In this document: piece by piece, positions 9,291-19,007 of the stretch
Numbering within the stretch: position 1 is the stretch's first letter
Layout of the letters: the number at the start of each line of letters is the position of its first letter
Assembly: GCA_041658985.1 (NCBI GenBank)
Contig: JBAZZC010000004.1
Coordinates: 20,221-84,220, forward strand
Source: Minisyncoccota bacterium
GTDB taxonomy: Bacteria; Patescibacteriota; Minisyncoccia; Phycocordibacterales; DATDWN01
Direction: 5' to 3'
DNA length: 64,000 nucleotides
Notes under the pieces: model-generated
What the model saw: the letters and a program-made list of their open reading frames with translations, nothing else
The model's database searches: none
What the model was told of the DNA's origin: nothing
Position numbers and translations under genes: made by a program

Positions 9291-9372
9291 TGGGTGAGGG
9301 GAGACTCGAACTCCCAAGCCTTACGGCACTAGTTCCTAAGACTAGCGTGTCTACCAATTGCACCACTCACCC
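9291..9372 (-). tRNA. tRNA-Leu(TAG), type II
   Basis: Acceptor GGGTGAG/CTCACCC, anticodon stem CTAGT with loop CTTAGGA, T-arm GGGAGTTCGAGTCTCCC. Confidence 0.8.
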
Positions 9373-9559
9373 AAAGAATACAAGATAACATGAATGCAGA
9401 ACTACGCCCAGTAGGGAATCGACCATTACATGGTCAGTACACCTTTTCTGTTTTTTGTTTCGCAGTCTCACAAAAAACTATCAAAGGTCTTCGATCCCTG
9501 ACGAAAGCCGTACCCACGGCTTTCTCTGGATGCAAAAAAATTATTTACATAATTTTTTG

Positions 9560-9632
9560 TGCGTCCAGCAGGGATCGAACCTGCGACCTTGTCCTTAAGA
9601 GGGACCTGCTCTACCAGCTGAGCTATGGGCGC
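9560..9632 (-). tRNA. tRNA-Lys(CTT)
   Basis: D-arm GCTCAGCTGGTAGAGC, anticodon loop CTCTTAA, T-arm GCAGGTTCGATCCCTGC. One C-A mismatch in the acceptor stem. Confidence 0.75.
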
Positions 9633-9669
9633 AATTTAAACATATTATCACAAAACAAAGTTTTGTTTG

Positions 9670-9754
9670 TGCCCGAGGCCGGAATCGAACCGGCATGACT
9701 GTTGAGGTCAAGGGATTTTAAGTCCCTCGTGTCTACCAATTTCACCACTCGGGC
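9670..9754 (-). tRNA. tRNA-Leu(TAA), type II
   Basis: Acceptor GCCCGAG/CTCGGGC, anticodon stem AGGGA with loop CTTAAAA, long variable arm, T-loop GGTTCGATTCC. Confidence 0.8.
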
Positions 9755-9787
9755 AAAGGTTTGTCAATGATACACAAATTTGTGTTG

Positions 9788-9859
9788 AGGCCTGGGTGGG
9801 ATTCGCACCCACGCATAAAGATTTTGCAGATCTTCGCCTTGCTTCTTGGCTACCAGGCC
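9788..9859 (-). tRNA. tRNA-Cys(GCA)
   Basis: Acceptor GGCCTGG/CCAGGCC with U73 discriminator (typical of tRNA-Cys). Anticodon stem AAGAT with loop CTGCAAA. T-arm GTGGG-TGCGAAT-CCCAC. Confidence 0.7.
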
Positions 9860-9866
9860 TTAAATT

Positions 9867-10190
9867 TTAACCTTGATTTAACAAGGCGTCAATTTTTTGT
9901 CGGTTTTTTTCTCCAGAGTCAATCTCAAAATTTATTTGAGGAATCCTGCCCAATCTCGAGTTTTCTTTAATGAATTGCTTGAACTCACTTCTTTTTCTCT
10001 GGGCGAACTCTAGGGCTGTTTTTTCAAAATTATCTGGAAAGACCGTAAAAAGAATAGTAGCATATTTTCCATCTCTCGTTAAATTGACTCTCGTTACGGT
10101 TATTAAAGAGGATTTGTTTCCATTTAACAATAAAAAACGCGCTCCTAGGTCGTGTAATATTTCTGCTTTTCTTTCGTTTTTTGTAGACAT
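9867..10190 (-). CDS. rbfA: ribosome-binding factor A
   Basis: Lies immediately downstream of infB with a 1-nt TAATG overlap, the conserved infB-rbfA order. The sequence fits the RbfA KH-like pattern (...LITVTRVNLTRDGKYATILFTV...). Confidence 0.65.
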   Translation of the reverse strand: MSTKNERKAEILHDLGARFLLLNGNKSSLITVTRVNLTRDGKYATILFTVFPDNFEKTALEFAQRKRSEFKQFIKENSRLGRIPQINFEIDSGEKNRQKIDALLNQG

Positions 10191-11743
10191 TATTTTTCTG
10201 TGATAATAAAACTTTCTAAATAATCTCCTGGTGCTATCTCGATGTTTGCTATGATCATAGTTCCGAATTCTCCGCTATCTACCTCAGTAGTTGCTACTTT
10301 TTGTTTTTGTAACTCACGAACCTTGCCATCTCCGATCATTGCATCACGACGAGTTATTTTTACTTGTGCTCCTATTGTGAAAACACCTTTCTCAATCCTG
10401 GCCCCAAGAATTTGTTTGTCCTTGACCTTACTAAATGTTTTTAAAACCCTTGCCAAACCTAAAGATTCCTCTACTTTTATTTTCGGTGTTCGTGTTGCCA
10501 ATGTTTCTTTTAACCATTCATTCATTTTGTAAATAATATCAAATGTTTTGACTTCAATTCCATCTCTTTCTGCTAAATTTTTTGCTGGGGAGTCAATTTT
10601 CACACTGAAGCCAATTATAATAGCTCGTTCTTTACCATTAGCCAGGCGTACATCATTTTCAGATATGGTTCCGATGCCAGATGATATAACACGGGCGGAG
10701 ACTCTTTCTGTGGTCATTTTTTTTATTTCAGACACAACGGCTTCTAAACTACTACCAGTATCTGCTTTTATAATGATTGGTATAAGGTGTATTAAAGATT
10801 CACCATCAACAATACTGTTATTGAGACCAATCTGCCCCATTCCTATTTTTTCTTTAGCCAGTGTAATTTTCTCTCTGGCTTCTTCTCGCGTCTTGTGTGT
10901 CTGAAAAGTGTTTCCAACAATAGGGAGCTCATCCCAACCAATAATCTTAACTGGACTTGGGAAAGAGGCCGAATCAATAGATTTTCCTAAAAAGTTTTCC
11001 ATCATGCGTATCGGGGCGGTAGCTGTTCCAGATGTAATAAACAGACCTTTTTCTATCGTTCCGTTTTTTATAATACAAGTTGCGGAAATTCCTTTTTGAA
11101 TGTCTCTGTTGCTTTCTATGACCATTCCTTCAGCCTGGAGAGACGGGTCTCCTGTTAAGTTTTCCATTTCCGCTACTAGAACAATCATATCAAGAAGTTC
11201 TGGAATACCATCACCTGTTTTTGATGAAAGACAGACAACAGGAATATCTCCACCATAACCCTCTAGGTAGATTTCGTTTTCAGCTAAATTTTGTTTTGTT
11301 TTTTCTATATTTGCTTCTGGTTTGTCTATTTTATTTATTGCTACCACAAATGGTGTTTTAGTTTCTTTTATACACGATAAAGCCTCAAGTGTTTGTGGTT
11401 TAACACCATCCTCGGCTGAAACTACCAACACCACAACATCAGCAATAGATGCTCCACGTTGTCTTATGCCACAAAACGCTTCATGTCCAGGAGTGTCTAA
11501 AAAAGTAATACTGTGTTTTTTTCCTTCTTTTGAAACATGCTTAACTTCATAAGCTGAAATGTGTTGAGTAATACCTCCAGCTTCCATAAGATCAGGCAAG
11601 GCCTGATTTTTTAAATTAGATAGCGGGGTTTTGCTTTTTTGATTTCTTATATAATGAAGCAGGGTTGATTTTCCGTGGTCAATATGACCCATTATTGCCA
11701 CAACGGGTCCACGCTCTATAAGATTTGAGTTCTGATTTTGCAT
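10190..11743 (-). CDS. infB: translation initiation factor IF-2 (short form)
   Basis: G-domain VVAIMGHIDHGKSTLL, DTPGHEAF, NKIDK, followed by C-terminal beta-barrel domains. Confidence 0.95.
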   Translation of the reverse strand: MQNQNSNLIERGPVVAIMGHIDHGKSTLLHYIRNQKSKTPLSNLKNQALPDLMEAGGITQHISAYEVKHVSKEGKKHSITFLDTPGHEAFCGIRQRGASIADVVVLVVSAEDGVKPQTLEALSCIKETKTPFVVAINKIDKPEANIEKTKQNLAENEIYLEGYGGDIPVVCLSSKTGDGIPELLDMIVLVAEMENLTGDPSLQAEGMVIESNRDIQKGISATCIIKNGTIEKGLFITSGTATAPIRMMENFLGKSIDSASFPSPVKIIGWDELPIVGNTFQTHKTREEAREKITLAKEKIGMGQIGLNNSIVDGESLIHLIPIIIKADTGSSLEAVVSEIKKMTTERVSARVISSGIGTISENDVRLANGKERAIIIGFSVKIDSPAKNLAERDGIEVKTFDIIYKMNEWLKETLATRTPKIKVEESLGLARVLKTFSKVKDKQILGARIEKGVFTIGAQVKITRRDAMIGDGKVRELQKQKVATTEVDSGEFGTMIIANIEIAPGDYLESFIITEK

Positions 11744-11751
11744 TGTGGTTT

Positions 11752-11884
11752 ATCCGCACACCAAATCTGTCATCGTTCTGGTTTATTGTACGGTTTTTGT
11801 GGTTATTTGAGGTTGGTAATAAAAACATAATTATAGATGAACATAACACAGAACAAAAACCAATGACAGAATTGGTGTGCGGAT
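11752..11884. mobile_element. family A miniature TIR element (ATCCGCACAC ends), between infB and the 11888 gene
   Basis: ATCCGCACACCAAATCTGTCAT at 11752 vs reverse complement of ATGACAGAATTGGTGTGCGGAT at 11863-11884 (22 bp, 1 mismatch). Confidence 0.55.
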
Positions 11885-11887
11885 GAA

Positions 11888-12376
11888 TTATTTTCCTAGA
11901 TTTTTTTTGGCTCCCCCAACTACCTCTTTTTCTTCGTCGGTTAATTCAAATGTACTTTCAAACTTTATAAGTGGCTTTGAAAAAACACTAACTCTGTCTC
12001 TGGAATATAGACTTGATAAAACAACCCCATCACCATTTTCACTTAAAAATGAGGTGGAAAAACTCTGGCTTCCTCCTTCACCTGTACCTTTGAATGGATT
12101 AAAGCGGATTGTTTCAACGGCCTGTATACTACGGTTTAAACGTTTTTCTAGGCCTATAAAATATTGGATTGATTCTCTTTGGAACTCATTCAACTTGTCT
12201 AAGTTCTCGTGAGCCGAAACGATTGAATCTTCAAGAGATTTTGCGTTTTTTCCTCGCAATAGTCTACCCATCTTTATTTCAAGCCACACAATCCACCCTA
12301 CAAGTATCACAATACAAGTTACTAAACCATATGTAATAAATTGAGGATCAGAAAGCATTTGATGATTATTACACAA
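11888..12376 (-). CDS. hypothetical membrane-anchored coiled-coil protein
   Basis: One TM helix and coiled-coil-like sequence. No recognised family. Confidence 0.35.
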   Translation of the reverse strand: MCNNHQMLSDPQFITYGLVTCIVILVGWIVWLEIKMGRLLRGKNAKSLEDSIVSAHENLDKLNEFQRESIQYFIGLEKRLNRSIQAVETIRFNPFKGTGEGGSQSFSTSFLSENGDGVVLSSLYSRDRVSVFSKPLIKFESTFELTDEEKEVVGGAKKNLGK

Positions 12377-12436
12377 ATTATTGTCTTTTGCAATGAAAAA
12401 TGTATAGTAGATTATGAAATTTCATAATAATAGGAG

Positions 12437-13639
12437 ATGAAAAGAAAAAAAGATAAAAGAAGAATATTTTTAGATTATGCCTCCATTACACCCATTGATA
12501 AAAAGGTTTTGGCAAAAATGGAAAGTATTCAAAAAATGACCTTTGCAAATCCATCTGCTTTGTATAGTGAGGCAATTGTTGCAAAAAATTTAATTAAAGA
12601 GGCTAGACAAAAAATAGTCACGATTATTCATGCTCAAAAAGATGAAATTATTTTTACAAGTGGGGGAACCGAGTCAAACAACCTGGCACTTCTTGGTATT
12701 TTTGAAAGTGTTCAAAGGTCTGACCTTAAGAATTCCAAAAGTCAGATCTTTTTGGGTAAACCCCACATTATTACGACAAAAATTGAACATCCGGCAGTTT
12801 TAGAGGTTTGTAAGGAAATTGAACGGCGAGAGGGAGAAGTTACTTATTTGCCGGTATCTTCTGATGGTCTTGTTTCTATAAAAAACATTCGAGAATCAAT
12901 CAAAAAGAACACAGTTCTCATAAGCATTGGATATGCAAATAACGAAATAGGCACAATACAACCAATTCATGATATGGGTAGGGTGATAAAAGACTACAGA
13001 CAAAAAAATAATACTAAGCTTCCGTATTTCCATACTGACGCTTGTCAGGCGGGGTTGTATTTGTCTCTTGATGTATTAAAACTTGGGGTTGATTTAATGA
13101 CTTTAGATGGAATTAAAATGTATGGTCCAAGAAGCTCGGGTATTTTATATGTAAAATCTGGTTTAGAGTTGTCGCCGATTATTTTTGGCGGTGGACAAGA
13201 AGGGGGACTGCGAAGCGGAACAGAAAATGTTGGAGTTTGTGTTGGACTGTCAACCACGCTTGAAATTGCAGAAAAAATTAAAGAAAAAGAATCCAAACGG
13301 CTGATGGCACTTCGTGATTATGCAATTAAAAATCTTTTAAAGATTTTTCCAAATTCTACACTAAACGGGTCAAGAGAATATCGTCTACCAAACAATATAA
13401 ATATCTGTTTCCCTGGTTTGGATGCAGAATTTGCGGTTATATCACTTGATGTTTTAGGAATTTCCGCCTCATACTCATCATCTTGTAGGACTCTAAAAGA
13501 AGACTCGTCTTCTTATGTTGTTGAAAATTTAGGTAAAAAAGATTGTAGTCAGTCGAGTCTTCGATTTACTCTCGGAAGAGAAAGCAAAAAAAGTGATATT
13601 GATACTTTAGTCACTGTCCTAAGAAAAATTGTGGTATAA
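12437..13639 (+). CDS. cysteine desulfurase family protein (class V aminotransferase, NifS/IscS-like)
   Basis: SD AGGAG 4 nt upstream of the start. FTSGGTESNNLAL, HTDACQAGL, and a Gly-rich PLP region. Confidence 0.8.
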   Translation: MKRKKDKRRIFLDYASITPIDKKVLAKMESIQKMTFANPSALYSEAIVAKNLIKEARQKIVTIIHAQKDEIIFTSGGTESNNLALLGIFESVQRSDLKNSKSQIFLGKPHIITTKIEHPAVLEVCKEIERREGEVTYLPVSSDGLVSIKNIRESIKKNTVLISIGYANNEIGTIQPIHDMGRVIKDYRQKNNTKLPYFHTDACQAGLYLSLDVLKLGVDLMTLDGIKMYGPRSSGILYVKSGLELSPIIFGGGQEGGLRSGTENVGVCVGLSTTLEIAEKIKEKESKRLMALRDYAIKNLLKIFPNSTLNGSREYRLPNNINICFPGLDAEFAVISLDVLGISASYSSSCRTLKEDSSSYVVENLGKKDCSQSSLRFTLGRESKKSDIDTLVTVLRKIVV

Positions 13640-13642
13640 TAT

Positions 13643-13777
13643 ATCCGCACACTAAATTTAGTATCGTTGCCTAGTGTTTTATCTAGATATTATTTATTAG
13701 TTATGTAATCGAGATAATATTTAGTGACAAATATTTAAAAGGCAACAAAAACACAATACTAAAATTAGTGTGTGGAT
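13643..13777. mobile_element. family A miniature TIR element, between the cysteine desulfurase gene and 13780
   Basis: ATCCGCACACTAAATTTAGTAT vs reverse complement of ATACTAAAATTAGTGTGTGGAT (22 bp, 2-3 mismatches). The right end GTGTGTGGATAAATG abuts the start codon of 13780. Confidence 0.55.
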
Positions 13778-13779
13778 AA

Positions 13780-14610
13780 ATGGAAGATTTAAATAAAAAT
13801 CAAATTATTTTATTGGTGCTTCTTATTAGTTTTGTCACATCTATAGCAACTGGTATTATGACCACCTCTCTTCTTCAGGAAGCGCCTCTTGAAGTAACTA
13901 GAAACATAAATCGTATTGTAGAGAAAACCATTGAAACGGTCACAATCCCGGGAGTTACTACGCCTAGTCAAAAAGAAATCACCACCGTTATTGTAAAAGA
14001 GGAGGACATGATAGTCAGTTCTATTGATAAAAATATAAAAAGTATTGTCCGTATAAATGAAAAGGATTCGGTTACTGGACTGGTTGGTTTTTATGGATTG
14101 GGTCTGGTTATAAATAAAGATGGAATTATTGCAGCAGACAAGAAGATAACAGTTGTTGGTAATACTTACACAGTAAAAATGAGTGACGGAAAAGAGTTTA
14201 GCCTGACACCCATTGGAATGGACAAACCGACCAACTTTATTTTATTTAAAGTCGTTTTACCTGAAAAAATCTCATACGTTTTTGTACCCACAATCTTTAG
14301 TGACAAAGAATTAAAGCTTGGACAAACGCTGACAAGCTTAGGGGGTGAATCAAATAACTCTGTATCGGTTGGCCGGGTTGTGTCTTTGGACACAAAAGAA
14401 TCTGGTACTGGAACGTCAACCATAAAATATATTACGAGCATTAATACCGACATTTCCGGAGGTAATCTTCTTTCTGGCAGTCCAATATTTAATCTTTCTG
14501 GTGACATTGTTGGTGTAAAACTTTCTTTTGATGCGTCAAAATCATTCACTCCCATCTCGGTTTTGAAGAAAGAATTAGGTATTCTCTTAGAAACTACCAA
14601 AACTCAATAA
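13780..14610 (+). CDS. membrane-anchored trypsin-like (S1C/HtrA-like) peptidase-domain protein, possibly degenerate
   Basis: N-terminal TM. TDISGGNLLSGSPIFNLSGDIVGV resembles the GNSGGPL...G.ViGi active-site region of S1C peptidases. Low confidence. Confidence 0.4.
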   Translation: MEDLNKNQIILLVLLISFVTSIATGIMTTSLLQEAPLEVTRNINRIVEKTIETVTIPGVTTPSQKEITTVIVKEEDMIVSSIDKNIKSIVRINEKDSVTGLVGFYGLGLVINKDGIIAADKKITVVGNTYTVKMSDGKEFSLTPIGMDKPTNFILFKVVLPEKISYVFVPTIFSDKELKLGQTLTSLGGESNNSVSVGRVVSLDTKESGTGTSTIKYITSINTDISGGNLLSGSPIFNLSGDIVGVKLSFDASKSFTPISVLKKELGILLETTKTQ

Positions 14611-14734
14611 TTTCTGGCACAGATTTATTTGACTTAGAGTAAAAATAGCTTATAATAAAGCCATCTCGGATTAATTATATATGTCCGTATTTTCTTTATA
14701 AACTTTATAACTTTTAACTTTATAACTGATTTTT

Positions 14735-17410
14735 ATGCCACCATTTGGTCATTTTACAACAAAAGCAAAAGAAGCTATCCGAAAAGCCCATGAGCTGGCT
14801 ATTGAACGTGGTCAAAATCACGTTAACTCCCTCCACCTTTTAACTGCTCTTATTTTACAAGAAGAGGGAATTGTCACTTCAATATTAGATAAGTTACAAA
14901 TTGATACAATTCTTTTGACGGACTCTCTTATAGAAGCCATAGAAGGTGCTGATGTCGGACAAACCATTTCTGCTTCATATCAAGTTTATCTTACACCAGA
15001 TTTAGCTTCTGTTATTGAAGCTTCCGTTAAACAAACCCCAGCTCTTCATGATGATTTCGTTTCAACCGAGCATCTTTTTCTAGCCTTAATTGAAGTTCCT
15101 GGTCCTGCCAGGGATTTACTCATAAAATTTAAAATAGAAAAAGATTCAGTTCTTCGTCTTATTGAAGAAATAAGAAATACAAAAACTGCTGATACGGAGA
15201 CACCAAAGAAATTTAAGTCACTTTCAAAATACACAAGAAATCTAACAAAACTTGCTGGGATGAATAAATTAGACCCAGTTATTGGAAGAGAAGATGAAAT
15301 TTCCCGTATCATCCAGATTCTTTCCCGTCGAACAAAAAATAATCCAATCTTAATAGGTGAAGCTGGAGTAGGAAAGACAGCTATAGCTGAAGGTTTGGCC
15401 ATTAGAATATCTATGGGAGAAGTACCGGAGTCTCTCAGAGATAAAGAATTGGTTTCTCTTGATTTAGGTCTTTTAGTGGCAGGAACAAAATATCGTGGGG
15501 AATTTGAAGAAAGGTTAAAAAATATTTTGAAAGAAATAGAAAAATCGGATGGCAAAATCATTTTGTTTGTTGATGAGATACATACAATTGTCGGGGCTGG
15601 TTCGGCCGAGGGGTCATTAGACGCATCAAATATGTTAAAACCAGCTTTAGCACGCGGGGAGTTACGAGCCATTGGAGCAACCACCCTTAAAGAATATCAA
15701 AAACATATTGAAAAAGACCCAGCTCTCTCAAGACGATTTCAACCAGTCTATGTTAATGAACCAGGTATAGAAGATGCTATTACTATTCTTCGAGGATTGA
15801 AGGAAAAATATGAACTTTATCACGGGGTTCGTATAACTGATGAGGCCATAGTCGCTGCTGTTAATCTTTCTAGCAGGTATATTACTGATAGGTTTTTACC
15901 AGATAAGGCTGTTGACCTTATCGATGAATCTGCTTCATATTTAAAAATTGCCTTAGAAAATAAACCAGTAGTGCTTCAGAATGCACATTCGAAAATTATA
16001 AAGCTTCAGATTGAACACGAAGCATTAAAAAAGGAGACAGACATGAAATCAAAGACCCGCTTAAAAGAAATAGAGAAAATTATTGCTGACTTAAAAGAAG
16101 AAACAAGCGAGATTGAATTAAAATGGAACAATGAAAAAGAAACAGTCAATGATATAAAGGCAATCAAAAAACAACTTGAAGAGCTTCGTCGTGAAGCAGA
16201 GATTGCAGAAGCCAAATCTGACCTCTCTTTAGCTGCAGAAATACGGTATGGCAAAATTCCAGCTCTGGAAAAAGATCTAGACAACAAATCAAAGAGATTA
16301 AAAAAACTTCAAAGTTCTCGAAGAATTCTGAAAGAAGAAATTACTGAAAATGATATCGCTACGATTGTGTCAAAGTGGACTGGTATTCCAGTGACAAGAA
16401 TGCTTGAAGAAGAAGCGGATAAATTAAATCGCATGGAAGACGTTTTACAAAAAACAATCGTAGGTCAAAAAGAGGCCGTTCAAAAAATATCCGACACAAT
16501 CAAAAGGAGTCGTGCTGGTATAGCTGACCCTCAGAGACCAATTGGCTCTTTTCTATTCTTGGGTCCAACTGGTGTAGGTAAAACTGAACTGACAAAATCT
16601 TTGGCTCAATTTATGTTTAATGATGAAAAAGCTCTGATTCGTATTGATATGTCTGAGTTTATGGAGAAACACAGTGTCTCAAAAATACTTGGTGCTCCTC
16701 CGGGATATGTTGGACATGAAGAAGGCGGAACAATAACTGAAATGGTACGTCATAGACCATATTCTGTCATATTATTTGATGAAATTGAGAAAGCTCATCC
16801 GGAAGTGTTTAATGTTTTGCTTCAGATTTTAGATAACGGGCGACTGACCGATGCTAAGGGTAGAGTGGTTAATTTTAGAAATACTGTGATTATTCTAACC
16901 TCAAATATTGGTTCGCAGTATATAGATAAAATGGAAAAAATTGGTTTTGCTTTTGAAAAAAGTGAAAAGGCAAGTTACGAGGAAGCTAAATCAAGAGTGA
17001 TGGATGCCTTGAAGGATCATTTTCGACCAGAGTTCCTTAATCGTTTGGATGACGTTATTGTTTTTGATATTTTAAGTCGTGACGCTATCGCTGAAATCGT
17101 AAAAATCCAAGTAGAAATTGTCACAGAAAGATTGGCTCAAAAAGAAATCAGACTAATACTTTCTCCAGCCGTATTGGAACATCTAGCAAAAGAAGGATAC
17201 AGCCCACAATATGGCGCTAGACCATTAAAGCGTCTAATACAGACAAAAATTTTAACACCAATAGCTTCTTTCATGGTTAGTAAAAAAATATCGAAAGGGG
17301 GTTCTATTTCTGTTGATATGAAGGGTACCGAGCTTGTCTTTAGTGTAAAAAAAGGTAAACATGATTCGTTTGTCTCACCGACCTTTGTTAATGATGGTAT
17401 CTTGGCATAG
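14735..17410 (+). CDS. clpB: ATP-dependent chaperone ClpB (two AAA+ modules with long middle coiled-coil)
   Basis: Clp_N repeats. Walker [16 protein letters not shown] and [15 protein letters not shown]. Long M-domain coiled coil around nt 15990-16330. Confidence 0.95.
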   Translation: MPPFGHFTTKAKEAIRKAHELAIERGQNHVNSLHLLTALILQEEGIVTSILDKLQIDTILLTDSLIEAIEGADVGQTISASYQVYLTPDLASVIEASVKQTPALHDDFVSTEHLFLALIEVPGPARDLLIKFKIEKDSVLRLIEEIRNTKTADTETPKKFKSLSKYTRNLTKLAGMNKLDPVIGREDEISRIIQILSRRTKNNPILIGEAGVGKTAIAEGLAIRISMGEVPESLRDKELVSLDLGLLVAGTKYRGEFEERLKNILKEIEKSDGKIILFVDEIHTIVGAGSAEGSLDASNMLKPALARGELRAIGATTLKEYQKHIEKDPALSRRFQPVYVNEPGIEDAITILRGLKEKYELYHGVRITDEAIVAAVNLSSRYITDRFLPDKAVDLIDESASYLKIALENKPVVLQNAHSKIIKLQIEHEALKKETDMKSKTRLKEIEKIIADLKEETSEIELKWNNEKETVNDIKAIKKQLEELRREAEIAEAKSDLSLAAEIRYGKIPALEKDLDNKSKRLKKLQSSRRILKEEITENDIATIVSKWTGIPVTRMLEEEADKLNRMEDVLQKTIVGQKEAVQKISDTIKRSRAGIADPQRPIGSFLFLGPTGVGKTELTKSLAQFMFNDEKALIRIDMSEFMEKHSVSKILGAPPGYVGHEEGGTITEMVRHRPYSVILFDEIEKAHPEVFNVLLQILDNGRLTDAKGRVVNFRNTVIILTSNIGSQYIDKMEKIGFAFEKSEKASYEEAKSRVMDALKDHFRPEFLNRLDDVIVFDILSRDAIAEIVKIQVEIVTERLAQKEIRLILSPAVLEHLAKEGYSPQYGARPLKRLIQTKILTPIASFMVSKKISKGGSISVDMKGTELVFSVKKGKHDSFVSPTFVNDGILA

Positions 17411-18991
17411 AATGATTTCTTGTGATAAAGTAATCTGGTTAATAGTATATGCGCCGGTCGGATAGCGGCTATTCCAGGGGACTGTAAATCCCCGGTCCAT
17501 AGGACATCGTTGGTTCGAGTCCAACCCGGCGCACCACGTAGGAAAAGTCAAAGAGTTTTGGTTCGCCTCGCTTCGCTCGGCGACTAATTTGTATTCAATT
17601 TTGGGGGTAAAAACGAATTCCCGATTTCGCAAAATATGGTTCGAGCCGATGTTTTTCAGAAATGTTGGCAATTCGGAAAGATTATTCTCTCCAACCAATT
17701 TCGCGGCTTGATTTAAGGACTTTACGAACTCACGAGCCGGTTCGAGCCAAGACAACCCTTTTTCCTCAAAGTCGGTTATTTTCTCTATTAAAGATATTTT
17801 CTGAGATAACAGACTTTGTTTTTTGGCGGCGTATTCCTCTGTGGATAAGGCGTCCGCTAAATAGATGTCTAACAATTTTTGGAGTTTTGCCTCAACCTGT
17901 GTTACTTGCTCTTTCAAAACGCTGATTTCACTTTGTGCGTCCTCTCTCGCTTTATCCTGTTCGCTATCCAACGCCGCCAAAACTTTCTCGGTGTCTTGGC
18001 TCGACAAAGAAACTTTTTGAAGATAAGAAGTGATTTGTTCGGTTAGTGCTTCTTCTCGGAGATAATGCTTTTCTTGGCAAGGGCCTTTCTTGTGAGTACA
18101 GCGATAATAGTTATGACCCTTTTGTCTTTCGGCAGTGATTGAACAATCGCACGAAGCGCATTTGAGAAGGCCAAGAAAAGCAAAATTATTTTTGTGAGAT
18201 TCCTGTACTTTGCCACGCTTGCTCATCACTTCTTGGCAAGTATCAAAAAGTTTCTTTGAAATTAACGGCTCGTGTTGTCCCTCAAAAATTTCCCCCTTCC
18301 ATTTCATTAGTCCAAGGTAAAAGACGTTTTGTAGATTTTTTTGAATGTTTGCGATAACAAGTGGTTTTCCGAGATTACCACGCAAATCGTGTTCCTTACA
18401 CCAATTTGCGAGAGAGTGAAGCGTAAATGCTCCGGTGGCGTACATTTCAAACAACCTCTTAACTTTCGGCGCTTTCTCGCTATCAATATCAATACCGCGA
18501 GTCTTTGGGTTATTGGTGTAGCCCACCGGAGCCCAGCCGGGCCAAACGCCGTTTCTGATTTTCTGTCGTAGTCCTCGCTTCACATTCTCTCGCAAATTAT
18601 CTACAAAATATTTTGATTGACCAAAAGCAATATTGAGCATGAATAATCCCTGTGGTGTAGGCTCAAACCAGAAGGTGGGAAATTTTAGAGAACGAATCAA
18701 ACCGCGATCTACAAAATGGATAATCTTTCCGCCGTCCACACTATTTCTTGCTAATCTATCGGGGTGCCAAGAAATAATCCCATCTGCTTTTCCTGATTCA
18801 AGAATTGCCAACATTTCTGCGAATTTAATTCGCCCGGGTTCTTTTGCGGTTTTGGCTTCCTGAAAGGAAGCGACAATTTCAAGTTTTTCTTTGGCGGCAT
18901 ACTCTTGCAACTCTACGAGTTGCGCTTCAATACTTAAAACCTGTCGGTCATCTTCTTCAGTAGATTTTCTTGCGTAAAGTATGTATTTCAT
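17375..18991 (-). CDS. large serine recombinase (resolvase/invertase catalytic domain + recombinase domain + zinc ribbon). The C-terminal ~95 codons of the ORF run through IR1 and the tRNA-Tyr antisense and may not be genuine.
   Basis: N-terminal [19 protein letters not shown] (serine recombinase catalytic Ser motif), a ...R...GR... region, and zinc-ribbon CASCDCS...YYRC. Start ATG at 18991. The 3' end of the ORF overlaps IR1-L (17531-17631) and the tRNA. Confidence 0.85.
   Translation of the reverse strand: MKYILYARKSTEEDDRQVLSIEAQLVELQEYAAKEKLEIVASFQEAKTAKEPGRIKFAEMLAILESGKADGIISWHPDRLARNSVDGGKIIHFVDRGLIRSLKFPTFWFEPTPQGLFMLNIAFGQSKYFVDNLRENVKRGLRQKIRNGVWPGWAPVGYTNNPKTRGIDIDSEKAPKVKRLFEMYATGAFTLHSLANWCKEHDLRGNLGKPLVIANIQKNLQNVFYLGLMKWKGEIFEGQHEPLISKKLFDTCQEVMSKRGKVQESHKNNFAFLGLLKCASCDCSITAERQKGHNYYRCTHKKGPCQEKHYLREEALTEQITSYLQKVSLSSQDTEKVLAALDSEQDKAREDAQSEISVLKEQVTQVEAKLQKLLDIYLADALSTEEYAAKKQSLLSQKISLIEKITDFEEKGLSWLEPAREFVKSLNQAAKLVGENNLSELPTFLKNIGSNHILRNREFVFTPKIEYKLVAERSEANQNSLTFPTWCAGLDSNQRCPMDRGFTVPWNSRYPTGAYTINQITLSQEIILCQDTIINKGR
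17451..17536 (+). tRNA. tRNA-Tyr(GTA), type II (copy 1)
   Basis: Acceptor GCGCCGG/CCGGCGC, anticodon stem GGGGA with loop CTGTAAA, long variable arm, T-loop GGTTCGAGTCC, encoded CCA. Its last 6 nt begin IR1. Confidence 0.85.
17531..17631. repeat. IR1-L: 101-bp perfect inverted repeat (partner 19035-19135), beginning inside the 3' end of tRNA-Tyr
   Basis: Compared base-by-base: 17531-17631 equals the reverse complement of 19035-19135 (101/101). Confidence 0.9.
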
Positions 18992-19007
18992 AAGTTTTAG
19001 AAATTAA

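Noticed and set aside
9373-9559. Possible additional tRNA, or tRNA with an intron, between tRNA-Leu(TAG) and tRNA-Lys
   Set aside because: T-loop-like GGGAATCGA / TCGATCCC fragments are present, but I could not assemble an acceptor stem, D-arm and anticodon arm. I treat it as debris or spacer.
8906-9698. ORFs 8906..9247 (-) and 9390..9698 (+) across the tRNA region
   Set aside because: They overlap well-formed tRNA genes and att-like repeats. Their translations are tRNA-sequence-driven, so they are not genes.
10242-11552. Plus-strand ORFs antisense to infB (10242..10532, 10548..10904, 10908..11099, 11322..11552)
   Set aside because: They are antisense to the highly conserved IF-2 frame. The same reasoning applies to 15046..15684 and 16006..16287 antisense to clpB, and to 36507..36725, 37078..37260, 37178..37360 and 37425..37676 inside topA.
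12377-12436. Palindrome ATGAAATTTCAT upstream of the cysteine desulfurase gene as an operator
   Set aside because: It is a single short AT-rich palindrome, which is expected by chance in a ~33 percent GC genome. No repetition or conservation was seen.
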